Below, in pieces: positions 8,329 to 17,447 of a stretch of 60,503 nt of DNA (positions within the stretch are counted from its first letter, which is position 1; each line of letters begins with the position of its first letter). This DNA is from a virus. Taxonomy: Duplodnaviria > Caudoviricetes. Location of the stretch: IMG/VR virus record IMGVR_UViG_3300021478_000004, positions 1 to 60,503 of that record; one strand, written 5' to 3'. The position numbers were made by a program, and so were the translations under genes. The notes beneath the pieces were generated by a model. It had not been told where the DNA came from. It made no database searches and saw nothing but the letters and a program-made list of their open reading frames with translations.

Positions 8329-10308
8329 CTATGCAGGCCGCTGTTGGCCCTGTTGCTGCCCCTGCGGTTGCGCTGGGGGCTGAAACAACTGTAGCGCCTC
8401 GGTCCACATGCGGTGCTGCAATTCAGCCGCGTCAAGCTGCGTCTGCGTCTCGTGCGCGTTGACCTGATGTTGCAGCCCCGCGGCATCGAGATGCACCTTC
8501 GCGCCCGCGACATGGGCATCGTGGATCGTCTTCTGGGCCATCGCGTCGGCTCGGCGTGCCTCGGCCGCGGTCTTGGCGTTCCTTACCGCTTCGCCTTCGA
8601 GAGCGAGCTTCTTTGCCATCTCCTTCGCTGGGTCGGCCTGCGGCGGCTTCGGCGAAAGCATCTGCAAAATCATGTTCTTGCGCTCGCGCGGCATCGGCGA
8701 GAGTTCGATCAAGACCTGGGGCGGGAATGTGCCGGGCGGATATCCCTTTAACGTGTCGTACGCGTCCTGCATGACGGTCTCGACGTCCGGCCCCTCTTCA
8801 AGGACGATGTTCACGTCGAGTGCGCCCAGAAGATTGACCATCGCTGGTCGCCCCCATTGGTCCTCTCCAAGTGCGTTCAACCAAATTCCTGCCTTTACTG
8901 GGTCGTTGTCGTTGATGATTGGCAACCACCGCTCTTTCGTCCATGACCGTTGTGCGGTCGTCCAAATGTCTCGATAGAGTTGTAGCTTCCATTGCCGATA
9001 CGCGAGTACGAACGGACCCAACTCGGCCATGCCGGGCTGGCGCAGCAGTTCCAACGCGCGCCCGGAAATGTTGGCCAGCGACGCGCCCTGAAGCACGGCA
9101 ATATTGGTTCCTGCGAAACTGTCGATTTCCTGACCAGCCTGTTCAGACATCCCATGGAATGCGGCGAGGTCCGTTGTCTTGTCGTCGGGCTCCCACTTTC
9201 TCCCCGGATTTACTTCGATAATTCCGTCCGGGCGAGCCTGCTCGATGCGAGCCTGCTCGACGTTGTCGACCGCGCCCTTCTCGGTAATCACTCGTCGGGT
9301 GTTCGCAAGATGCAATTCCTTGGACTTTGACTGATTGAACGAATCCTGCGGGCCTTTGAGTGCCCGGGCGAACCCGTAGCGATCCCCCTGTTGGTCGACC
9401 GCTGCCGAGAACATATTGAACGACGAAGCGCTATTTCCATCTTTATCGAAAAACGGAGAAATACCCTCGTCTAGCAAGACTGATGAAACGTAGAACGCCC
9501 AGCACCATTTGCCCTTCCGCTTATACCAGTGCTCTATGAGACGAAGGCTCTGGGTCGACGTCACGACCCACTTGTATTCTCGGTCGGCGTTGGTCGTGAG
9601 GTCCGAATCGCCCTGGATAAGGCCTCTGAGCACGTCCTCCTTATGGGGGAAAAGCTCGATTGCCTCCTCGACGTCTAGCCATTTCGACAAGCCCTCGTAG
9701 CGCCGATCATTGAAGTCGAGGCGGTAGGACCGAGGGTCATAGAAATATTCGTCTCCGATGACCCAATTGAGTTTGATGTCGTTTTCGCCGTTTTTCCCAG
9801 GCACCAGCGTACGCTGGACGCCGGCCACGCCGTCGATGCAGCACTGCAAAAGGCACCATGGATCTATGCCTTTCCAGTCGTTGCCGTCGAGAACCGAGCG
9901 GATGACCTGGGTAGCGATATCAGCCCCGGCTTGGCTTCGCACCGAGGTCGGCAAGGCTTTAGGGTCTGACCGAAGCCGCTCCACAAGGCCGACGATGCCA
10001 TTGATCTTACGATTCACCCGGGGCCAAGTGAGCACCGCCTGATGACGTCGTTTCAGGGTTTCAATCTGCTTCCCGTCCCACTGTATGCAATGGTAGTAGC
10101 AACGCGCAATCTTCTGTTCTTCGATCTCTTCGGATTTCGACCAGAGATAGTCTAGGTATTGCGTGCGCAGCTTACGCACGTCTAGGAACTGATCCTTCTC
10201 GTCGTCGTCCGTCTCGCTCACGGACGCGATCTTGTCGCGCTGTTGTGGGTCGCGAACTAGGCCCGTCAGCCGGGATCGGTCCCGAGATAGAAGCTCAGCT
10301 ACGGGCAT
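8329..10308 (-). CDS. Portal protein (P22 gp1-like)
   Basis: 659 aa; YYH..QW, INGIVGLVER, YFYDPRS, RYG..RAL..PQD..N...SK, SGRA; C-terminal helical barrel region. Confidence 0.9.
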   Translation of the reverse strand: MPVAELLSRDRSRLTGLVRDPQQRDKIASVSETDDDEKDQFLDVRKLRTQYLDYLWSKSEEIEEQKIARCYYHCIQWDGKQIETLKRRHQAVLTWPRVNRKINGIVGLVERLRSDPKALPTSVRSQAGADIATQVIRSVLDGNDWKGIDPWCLLQCCIDGVAGVQRTLVPGKNGENDIKLNWVIGDEYFYDPRSYRLDFNDRRYEGLSKWLDVEEAIELFPHKEDVLRGLIQGDSDLTTNADREYKWVVTSTQSLRLIEHWYKRKGKWCWAFYVSSVLLDEGISPFFDKDGNSASSFNMFSAAVDQQGDRYGFARALKGPQDSFNQSKSKELHLANTRRVITEKGAVDNVEQARIEQARPDGIIEVNPGRKWEPDDKTTDLAAFHGMSEQAGQEIDSFAGTNIAVLQGASLANISGRALELLRQPGMAELGPFVLAYRQWKLQLYRDIWTTAQRSWTKERWLPIINDNDPVKAGIWLNALGEDQWGRPAMVNLLGALDVNIVLEEGPDVETVMQDAYDTLKGYPPGTFPPQVLIELSPMPRERKNMILQMLSPKPPQADPAKEMAKKLALEGEAVRNAKTAAEARRADAMAQKTIHDAHVAGAKVHLDAAGLQHQVNAHETQTQLDAAELQHRMWTEALQLFQPPAQPQGQQQGQQRPA

Positions 10309-10594
10309 GCTTGCGTTCTTCGGCTTTCGCTAGCGCCCTGTCCGAAACCGCCCCCGACTTACGCAAATGCCGAGCCTTCATGGCCAAGCCGTGATGCAGC
10401 TTCGCCTTTTTCTCGTGGTGCTTGGCGATGGCCTCGACGTATTTGCCGTTGGCCTTTATCTTCTCGGCGCGGTCGAGATGGCGGCCGCCTTCGTCCAACT
10501 CGTAATCGTCCCAAGGCCCGTTGGAGCGCTCGTGGGGCTCCTTGTACTCACGGGACGGCGTGGCCGTGGACGATTCGATCGCGGCGCGCGGCAT
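10295..10594 (-). CDS. Small basic protein with shared C-terminal motif KARHLRKSGAVSDRALAK
   Basis: RBS GAGGGAGGG; overlaps the portal start. Confidence 0.7.
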   Translation of the reverse strand: MPRAAIESSTATPSREYKEPHERSNGPWDDYELDEGGRHLDRAEKIKANGKYVEAIAKHHEKKAKLHHGLAMKARHLRKSGAVSDRALAKAEERKHARS

Positions 10595-10596
10595 GG

Positions 10597-10821
10597 TCAG
10601 CCCTCCCTCTTGATAGAGTGCAATTCCCCGCGAGGCTTGCCCTGGATGGTTTCTCGCAGAGCGGTGAGCATTGCTATCCCCTCGACGCGTAACGATCGGT
10701 CCTCGATCAATTCAACTCTGCAAATTAGTTGCGTATATGCGCGAACACGCTCCGCAATCGGATCACGCTGCGGAGGTTCGTAGTTGATGATTTCCTTGTC
10801 GGTCGTCACCGCTACGCCCAC
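10597..10821 (-). CDS. Hypothetical protein
   Basis: Fills the gap in the operon. Confidence 0.55.
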   Translation of the reverse strand: MGVAVTTDKEIINYEPPQRDPIAERVRAYTQLICRVELIEDRSLRVEGIAMLTALRETIQGKPRGELHSIKREG

Positions 10822-12167
10822 CCTTGCTTCTCAGCCAACCGCTCGAACGCTCGCTTAGAGATCACGCCGCTCTTCACCATGTCCTCTGCCTTCGCCTGCT
10901 CTTTCGACACCGGCGCATCTCCGGACGCCCCGAGCGTCTCCTTCAAGTCCGCCAGCGCCGTTTCTAGCGCGTCAGGATTGCTCTTGATCTCCAAGGCATG
11001 CACCGTCTTGGCAATTTCCGTCACCTTGCCGATGGCTTCCTTCGCGGTATCGCCGTAAGCGACGACCGCGCCGAGGAACGGCATCTTGTTGGCCTGCGGA
11101 ATGACGTACTTGCTGCCTTCGTGCTCAGTGAAATACCTGAGCTTGACGTTCTCGTCGTACTCTTTCGGGTATGTCACCTTGACCCACGATTCCGCTAGCT
11201 CCTCGCTCGTCAAGATCAGTTCCGCGCCCCACTTGCCGGAGAATTCCGGCTCTATCAAAACGCCCTCGGCTCCGTACCAGACGATATCTCCTAGGTTGGT
11301 CATCATGATCTGATAGAGTTCGCCCGGAGGCGAAGGCATGCGGCAGCACGGGTCTATGAGATAATCGTGGCCGTCTTCGGTGCTTCTAATTTCGGCCGAA
11401 AGAAAGCCGCGGTAGTTGTATTTCTTGAGTTGCGGCGAGAGCTTGGCGTTGATACTGCTGACCGCCGCGGGAATCTTGCTGTATTTTACCACCTTGGCGA
11501 CGAGCGCCGTATCCTTGGCCTCTACGCCGACGAGGCAATAATCGGTAAATTGGCCGTCGATCGTATAGCCGTCATAGGCCAACTCGATCGCCGGGCCGGT
11601 GTTGTCCTCGACGATGAACTCCATCAAGTCGGCCTTAGGCCCTAGCTTATAGTCGATCTCGTCGAGCTTGCCCTCAACCGCCTCGAAAGTCGGCGCATGG
11701 AATGTCTCCATGTCTCCGCGCGTCCGGCTGATCTTCACGTACTGATCGTCGTTCGCCTTGAGATACCGGCGAAGCTTCTCGATCCCCATCATGGTTTTGT
11801 AGGGGCCGACTTCGATGCCGAGCCGCGTGCTGATTTCCTTCGACTTCGCGCGATCTATTTCTAGTTCGCAGCCGCCGCGACAACCCCATACGCGCTTGCC
11901 GAGGCTGACGAGGTACTTCTGAACGTCGCCCTCGTAGACGTCGGGAAAAACAAATATGTCGACCTCGTCGAGCCGCGTCCATGGGCTGTCGACGCTTTCG
12001 ATTTCCGGCACGCCCATCGCGATCATCTGCAATTGCGACGTTGGAAAGCCGGTCACCCACGGACAGTAGTACAGGACTTTGCCGAACTGCTTGGATAGGG
12101 TGACAGCGAGGGAGACGAAGAGGCCGTTGTCCCAGACCAGCGCCGTCTTGCTTTTCAGGTCCGTCAA
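10812..12167 (-). CDS. ATP-grasp amide ligase, PurD/GAR-synthetase-like (451 aa, TTG start)
   Basis: VWG...CELEIDRAKSKE..RLGI...Y...YVKIS...ETF, FIVED, YRGFLSAE, YLIDPCCR.PSP, GAVVAYGDT.KEAI; TTG overlaps the upstream TGA. Confidence 0.75.
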   Translation of the reverse strand: MTDLKSKTALVWDNGLFVSLAVTLSKQFGKVLYYCPWVTGFPTSQLQMIAMGVPEIESVDSPWTRLDEVDIFVFPDVYEGDVQKYLVSLGKRVWGCRGGCELEIDRAKSKEISTRLGIEVGPYKTMMGIEKLRRYLKANDDQYVKISRTRGDMETFHAPTFEAVEGKLDEIDYKLGPKADLMEFIVEDNTGPAIELAYDGYTIDGQFTDYCLVGVEAKDTALVAKVVKYSKIPAAVSSINAKLSPQLKKYNYRGFLSAEIRSTEDGHDYLIDPCCRMPSPPGELYQIMMTNLGDIVWYGAEGVLIEPEFSGKWGAELILTSEELAESWVKVTYPKEYDENVKLRYFTEHEGSKYVIPQANKMPFLGAVVAYGDTAKEAIGKVTEIAKTVHALEIKSNPDALETALADLKETLGASGDAPVSKEQAKAEDMVKSGVISKRAFERLAEKQGWA

Positions 12168-12580
12168 GATTCCCCCGATCGATATTCCAACCCGTTTACA
12201 GCCGCCTCGTAAGCGTCCCAACTCACTCCTAGCACCATCGCCGCAAACCGCTCGACAAGCGTCGCGAGATGATGTCCCTCGCGATACGGGGCCTTCGGAT
12301 CGTCCCCCGGCTCGCTAAAATCCCCGGGCTTGCGGTTCTTCTCGTAATCCATGTCGAACGCATCCACGTCGGCTTGCTTCACGCCGCGACGCTTGCACCA
12401 CGCGAGTTCGAGCATCTCATGGAACGCGACCAAGAACTGATAGCGCCAGTCGCCGAGTTCAGAGACCCGGATGTGCCAGCCTTCCTCATCCGTCCACCAA
12501 TCTCCGACCGTGTCGTAGCGCTGGCTGTTGTGGGGGATGGTCTTGATCTCGATCATGCCGTCGAAGAGTGACTCTCGCAT
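12164..12580 (-). CDS. Putative zincin-like metalloprotein
   Basis: IPH..QRY.TVGD, LVAFHEMLE (HExxE), distal EPGDDP.APY...H..A..VE. Confidence 0.55.
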   Translation of the reverse strand: MRESLFDGMIEIKTIPHNSQRYDTVGDWWTDEEGWHIRVSELGDWRYQFLVAFHEMLELAWCKRRGVKQADVDAFDMDYEKNRKPGDFSEPGDDPKAPYREGHHLATLVERFAAMVLGVSWDAYEAAVNGLEYRSGES

Positions 12581-12640
12581 ACATGGGTCCTCCGCGGACG
12601 AACCAGCAAAGCAGTTCGATCGCATTGAGTGCGAGGTCGA

Positions 12641-13018
12641 TCAATGCGCCGTCCAATTAGTTCCGTTGCAGAACAGTGGCCCGATGAGAGCGCCTCCCGA
12701 AACATAGGTCGCGTTGTAGGTCATCGTCGTGATGTCGTTCGACCATACGTTCTGTCCCGCGTTGTCCGCATTGCAAGTCGGTATGGGAGTTCCTGCCGCA
12801 CTGTACGGCCCTGGGATAGGAACAGCCGATAGGCCCTTTATCAAGTCCTGCTTGCTGCCGAAGTAGGTATCCCACGTACCTTGTGTCGGCGCTGATCCTG
12901 GATCGAACGGCGGGACGGTCTGGGCGACAGCTTGCGCCACCAGCGCGGCACGCCAGCATGCGGCAAAGAAGGCAATCTCCAGCAGAAGCGCCGCGATGAT
13001 GAGACGGCCTCGCATCAC
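12641..13018 (-). CDS. Secreted protein with C-terminal C...CNGTNW module
   Basis: Hydrophobic leader ending AVA|Q; C-terminus resembles those of the fibre-like proteins at 46623 and 52795. Confidence 0.7.
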   Translation of the reverse strand: MMRGRLIIAALLLEIAFFAACWRAALVAQAVAQTVPPFDPGSAPTQGTWDTYFGSKQDLIKGLSAVPIPGPYSAAGTPIPTCNADNAGQNVWSNDITTMTYNATYVSGGALIGPLFCNGTNWTAH

Positions 13019-13224
13019 TCCTCGCCCTTCATCTTCGCCATCTGTTTTGGCGACACCAGCCCGCGCTTGGCCATCTTGTACGCGTGCTTCGGGAGGCGCT
13101 TGATCTTGCGGCCGTGGTCGGCCTTGACGAACTCGGCTCCCACTTTTTTTGGGATTCCGATCGTCGAGCGGCCTTCTTCAGCCGCATGCATAGCGCGCGA
13201 TTGTGATTGCGATTTTGATGGCAT
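13015..13224 (-). CDS. Small basic phage protein (MPSKSQSQ... type) with shared C-terminal motif KHAYKMAKRGLVSPKQMAK
   Basis: 69 aa; MPS.S..Q...M.AA...GIP.KV..EF..AD pattern common in phage head regions. Confidence 0.75.
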   Translation of the reverse strand: MPSKSQSQSRAMHAAEEGRSTIGIPKKVGAEFVKADHGRKIKRLPKHAYKMAKRGLVSPKQMAKMKGEE

Positions 13225-13282
13225 TTCGCGGGTTGCCTTTCCTCGGTATTCGACGAGGGCGTTGTTAGGTCCGGTGGCGGTT

Positions 13283-14026
13283 TCAGCCACCGTCTTGTTG
13301 CGCTGCCTCGGCGCGAGCCTGCTGCTCGTCATGCCATTTCTTGTACGAAGCCTGATCGCTCTCGGCCTGCGTCTTGGGCTTGACAGCCGCCTGGTTCTTA
13401 GCGGCCGTGGCCCTTGCGTCGGCCGCGTCCTTGTCCGCCTTGACCTTGGCGTCTCTCGCCTGGGCTTCGGTGTCCCACTGCGTCCCCTGTAGCGCTGGAT
13501 TGGGCAATCCCGGCGCGGGCGGGCCGTGGTCCATGTTGTTGCGAGCATCCATAGCCGCTTGCTTGATGCGCCGATCATCCATGTGCTCGCTCTGCCACAT
13601 CGCCACGCGGGCTCTATATCCGTCGTCGCTCTCGCCGGTGGCCCTTGCGGGCATCGCATCCGGCTCGCTCCGCCACTTCTCTACGCGAGCCTTATGGGCT
13701 TCCTCGGTCTCGCCAAAGGCTCGCTTGGGTGCGTTTGCGGCTTCGGCCCGCTTCTCCTCGGCCTCATCGTCTTCCTGCCATCGAGCATACGATCCGCGCT
13801 CCGGCACGTCGCCCTCGCCGTCCCACACATGAACGGACGGGCGTTGCCACAGCGATCCCTCCTTGCCGAACACGGCTAGGTTGACCAGCGGGCTTGCCTT
13901 AGCGTCGACGTGACGATGCGAATGCACATAGGTCACGAACGCCAAAAGCGGCTGGTCCGAGTGCATCACCGTTTCGTGCCCACCGGCATAAAACCACAAC
14001 GGTTGGCCTACTCGTAGGTCTTTCAT
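13283..14026 (-). CDS. Hypothetical protein with SH3-like N-terminus and two 22-aa repeats
   Basis: GGAGG RBS; RVG..LWFY...QPL.A.VTYVH...VNLAVF; repeats PKRAFGETEEAHKARVEKWRSE / PARATGESDDGYRARVAMWQSE. Confidence 0.75.
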   Translation of the reverse strand: MKDLRVGQPLWFYAGGHETVMHSDQPLLAFVTYVHSHRHVDAKASPLVNLAVFGKEGSLWQRPSVHVWDGEGDVPERGSYARWQEDDEAEEKRAEAANAPKRAFGETEEAHKARVEKWRSEPDAMPARATGESDDGYRARVAMWQSEHMDDRRIKQAAMDARNNMDHGPPAPGLPNPALQGTQWDTEAQARDAKVKADKDAADARATAAKNQAAVKPKTQAESDQASYKKWHDEQQARAEAAQQDGG

Positions 14027-14041
14027 TGTTTGAGTCCTCCT

Positions 14042-14335
14042 TCAAAAACCTGATTGCGACCAGAACTTGCCTTCGGGACCGCAACGATCTTCCGCTCCTC
14101 CGGCCCGCTCTCGGTAAGCGTCGCGGCTGTTCGGGACATCTTCGCCTATGACTAGATCGCGATGGGAACCCAATTGCGGCCGCTCGCAAATGTGCTTGAT
14201 CGACGGAGCATAATCTTGTGCCTCATCGATCCGCTCAGGTGAGCGATAATGCGTGCACCGATCACAAGACCGATCGGTCAGCGGTTCGTCGGCGTCGGCG
14301 TATCCGGACTTGTCTTCGCTCATAACTTCCCTCAC
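14042..14335 (-). CDS. Hypothetical Cys-containing protein
   Basis: CDRC...C...CGPEGKFW; coupled to the TerL stop. Confidence 0.6.
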   Translation of the reverse strand: MREVMSEDKSGYADADEPLTDRSCDRCTHYRSPERIDEAQDYAPSIKHICERPQLGSHRDLVIGEDVPNSRDAYRERAGGAEDRCGPEGKFWSQSGF

Positions 14336-15834
14336 ATCGTCAGCGCATCGAGATCGCTATAGTTCGAACCGCTGCCGCGATAGCCGCTGCTCGTGTTCTT
14401 CTCAGGTTGCACCGGCTTCTGCCCATCTATCATCGTGTCGAGCAGTTGCCCGATCAGCCCGCACGCGTCTACCTGATCGTCGTGAACTCCGGCCGGGAAC
14501 CGCAGCAACTCGCTTTCGAACTCGCCCCGCCACGCCGCCGCAACCGGCACACGCAAGCCCCGCGTCGCGATCAAGCCTCGGAACGACTGCGCTCGCACCG
14601 CCTTGTCGCCTCGGGTCGGAAACTGCTCTCGCAGGGTGTAGGCGTGGCGCTCGCGCATCTCGCGCTCCAAGAACGGCCCGACGCCGCTCTTGATCTGGCC
14701 GGATTCCTCGGCCCAACCCATCGGCTTCCACTTCTTGACCAAGTCGCAAAATACCTCGACCCATTCGTCGGATGCGGCTTGCTTCCGCCAGATGTCCAGC
14801 ATCCACGGATTGCTGTCAGGGTCGAGCGCGAGGACCGCGTGGACCGTGAAGTCGCCGCCACTCGATGTGACAGCGTAGTCTGATCCTCCGTATACCCGTA
14901 GGCTTTCCCGCGGCGGGAGATTGTCTACCGGGAGGAGCCATTCGCGCTTGAAATAATCTCCCGTGTCGGGAATAGGTTCTTGCTGATACAGCGCCGAGAA
15001 GTAGCGAGGGATGCTGTTGGCTCTAATTCGCTCTATCGCCGTCAACGGATAGCGATCAGGCCACAACGCCTCGCCAACGTCGCTTACGGCTGGCATTTTG
15101 ACGATTTCGAACTTGTCGCCGCCCGACGCCGCGTGCGAGATGATCTTCCCAGAAAGATCGTCGTCGTGCATGCGATGATTGATCAGGATTACCGCTCCGC
15201 CCGGCTCCAAGCGGTTATACGCGGTTCCGATATACCAGTCCCAGACTTCCTTGCGCTTATTCTCGCTCTGGGCGTCAGCCATCGAGGAAAACGGGTCGTC
15301 GATAAGAAGAAAGTCAGCGCCCTTGCCCATGAAGTGGCCGCCGACGCCGACCGCGTAGTAACCTCCTCCGTCTTGGGTGCGCCACTTGTTCTTGGCCTGG
15401 CTATCTTCCGCGAGGGACGTGTTGAAAATGCACTTGTATTGCGGGCTGTTGATCAAGTTTCTGACGTCGCGTCCGAAATCTGTCGCCAGATCGGCGCTAG
15501 CCGAAACAGAGATGAACTCTTTGTCGGGTTGACGCCCTAAAATATAAGCCGGCAAGCGACGAGAAGCCAATTCCGACTTGCCGTGCCGAGGAGGGAGCAG
15601 CAGCATCAAACGATCGACTTCGCCCCGCTCGACCCTCTCCAACTGTTCCGCTACCTTCCGATGAAATTCCGCGGCACGGTACTTCGGCAGCGTGTATTCA
15701 GTGAATGGAATCAGAGCCTTCCTCGCCATCCTGCGCTTGAGAAGCTCCTCGGCTGCGTCCAATGGCGATAAAGGCGGCAAGTTCTTCGTCTGCGTATTCG
15801 GTAATGTGTTTGCGATGCTCGACACGCATTTCAA
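14332..15834 (-). CDS. terL: Terminase large subunit (true start may be ~20 codons downstream)
   Basis: Walker A PPRHGKS, Walker B LLIDDP, LYQQEP, SDYA, nuclease HDDQVDA. Confidence 0.95.
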   Translation of the reverse strand: MKCVSSIANTLPNTQTKNLPPLSPLDAAEELLKRRMARKALIPFTEYTLPKYRAAEFHRKVAEQLERVERGEVDRLMLLLPPRHGKSELASRRLPAYILGRQPDKEFISVSASADLATDFGRDVRNLINSPQYKCIFNTSLAEDSQAKNKWRTQDGGGYYAVGVGGHFMGKGADFLLIDDPFSSMADAQSENKRKEVWDWYIGTAYNRLEPGGAVILINHRMHDDDLSGKIISHAASGGDKFEIVKMPAVSDVGEALWPDRYPLTAIERIRANSIPRYFSALYQQEPIPDTGDYFKREWLLPVDNLPPRESLRVYGGSDYAVTSSGGDFTVHAVLALDPDSNPWMLDIWRKQAASDEWVEVFCDLVKKWKPMGWAEESGQIKSGVGPFLEREMRERHAYTLREQFPTRGDKAVRAQSFRGLIATRGLRVPVAAAWRGEFESELLRFPAGVHDDQVDACGLIGQLLDTMIDGQKPVQPEKNTSSGYRGSGSNYSDLDALTM

Positions 15835-16363
15835 CCTTGGTCGGGAACATCCCCAAGTGCTTGCCGATATCGACTAGCGCCGCCCGCTTGTCGTGGAGCT
15901 TGACCGTCACGCCGCCGTTGATGTTCTGAGTGACTTGCGAAATAGCAGCGGCCGTTGCGTCGTCGAGTTCATCGCTGGGGACGATCTCGACCAGGTTCGT
16001 CACGACGGTTTTGATGACCAGAACCTCGCCGCCGTCCGGATTATCCTCCTCGGTGACTAGCGCACTCTTCCACCGAACAGCTTTACGGATGTCGGAGAAT
16101 CCGATTTTAGCGAGTTCAGCTAGAACACGCTCCTTTGATATTGCTAGTCTTTCTATCGCGCGCTCGGTTGCGATGACCTCTATCGATCGCGCTCGCTCTA
16201 GGAGTTCAGCGACCCGTACTACAATGTGCTCTTTTCGCGCCATAGCGGCAGCATTCGACCTATGTTCGTGATATCCAGCAATGACATAGGACGCATCTGC
16301 GCTCTTTCCCTTGGCGAGTTCTTGCGCGAACCGCTCGTGCTTCGGGTTGGGCAGAACCGGCAT
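15698..16363 (-). CDS. terS: Terminase small subunit
   Basis: L.NPKHERFAQELAKG...AGY, ERVLAELAKIGFSD, VKLHDKRAAL..IGKHLGMF. Confidence 0.9.
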   Translation of the reverse strand: MPVLPNPKHERFAQELAKGKSADASYVIAGYHEHRSNAAAMARKEHIVVRVAELLERARSIEVIATERAIERLAISKERVLAELAKIGFSDIRKAVRWKSALVTEEDNPDGGEVLVIKTVVTNLVEIVPSDELDDATAAAISQVTQNINGGVTVKLHDKRAALVDIGKHLGMFPTKVEMRVEHRKHITEYADEELAAFIAIGRSRGASQAQDGEEGSDSIH

Positions 16364-16746
16364 TACTGGCTCGCCTTGACGGCGGCCTGGGCTTGCTGAG
16401 TGGCAACAGCCGGAGGATTGGCGTCGAGCGCGGCCTGAACCTTCGTCGCATTGTTGGTCACTCCATCAAATACCGCGTCGATCTTGGCCTGAACAGCCGG
16501 CGGGATGGTCGCTCCCGCTAGCGCGTCCTTGAGTTGCTGCTCGACGCCATTCATGAGCGCTATCAGGCTGTCGGTCTTGGTGCCTTCGTCCGCAACATTG
16601 GCGAGGACTTCGTCGATCGTATGGGCCATGGTCGTCATCTTTCCTTGAATCGCCGCTAGTTGCGCGGATTGCGCGGTCAGAACGGTGGCGATGGCGTTCA
16701 GACGGTAGAGGATTTGGTTGACGTCGCCATTGGAGAACCAAGGCAT
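16363..16746 (-). CDS. Hypothetical coiled-coil protein
   Basis: RBS GGGGAG; coupled to terS. Confidence 0.7.
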   Translation of the reverse strand: MPWFSNGDVNQILYRLNAIATVLTAQSAQLAAIQGKMTTMAHTIDEVLANVADEGTKTDSLIALMNGVEQQLKDALAGATIPPAVQAKIDAVFDGVTNNATKVQAALDANPPAVATQQAQAAVKASQ

Positions 16747-16910
16747 TTCGGCTCCCCTTCCGGGTTGCGATGCGAGGCTTATGACACGGGATTATGACAG
16801 GCTTGTAACATTTCGTGATAGTCAATCAACCATATCTCTCTGATGGCCAATTGCCTGGTATGGCTAGTTCCTCTAATATTATATTCTTAGAATTAATAGA
16901 AGGTAATCAC

Positions 16911-17447
16911 ATGAACATTTACATCATCGGCATGGATTCCGGCGCTCCATACAAGGTCGGTGTTGCTAAAGATTCATATAGGCGGTTGATAGCCATGCAA
17001 ACTGCTCACCCCGATAAATTGCGACTTTACGCGACTGCGGAGGCTGAAACTTTCAATGAAGCCGTAGCGTTAGAACGACGCGTTCACAAACTTCTATCAG
17101 AACATTCGAGACGGGGAGAATGGTTCGACGCTACCTTTGAAGTGATTTGCTCGGCGTTTGAAAACTGCGGTTTGAGACCAAAAACCTTCCAAAAAGGGGA
17201 TATGGACCACGAGTTGGCCATTCTTCCCCCAGGAATGACACCTGATGAGTTTCAGGCATGGATTGATCACATGCGAGTCACGCGGGGTTGGCTTCAGCAC
17301 GATTGCGCATGCGCTCTTGGGGTCCAGCCTAGGCAGATAAGTCGTTGGAAACAAGATGGAACATGGGCTTACGTCAACTTGGCATGCGCTGCCATCGCGG
17401 CAGATATCGACGTATGGACGAGAAACTTTCCAAAAGAAAGCACTTGA
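16911..17447 (+). CDS. GIY-YIG (T5orf172/MUG113-like) nuclease with C-terminal HTH
   Basis: IYII...YKVG...RRL..MQT..P...LE..VH..L...RRGEWF; C-terminal ALGVQPRQISRW. Confidence 0.8.
   Translation: MNIYIIGMDSGAPYKVGVAKDSYRRLIAMQTAHPDKLRLYATAEAETFNEAVALERRVHKLLSEHSRRGEWFDATFEVICSAFENCGLRPKTFQKGDMDHELAILPPGMTPDEFQAWIDHMRVTRGWLQHDCACALGVQPRQISRWKQDGTWAYVNLACAAIAADIDVWTRNFPKEST

Noticed and set aside
10812-12167. Calling the ATP-grasp gene purD (auxiliary metabolic gene)
   Set aside because: Only fold-level resemblance; the PurD N-terminal signature is not evident and no other pur genes are present.
13141-13153. A7 run (CCA AAA AAA GTG) as a programmed frameshift
   Set aside because: The zero frame gives the expected IPKKVG sequence and the tagged C-terminus; no supporting evidence for a shifted product.
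16779-16800. TTATGACA direct repeat upstream of the terminase operon
   Set aside because: Only two 8-bp copies; too little to support a pac or regulatory call.
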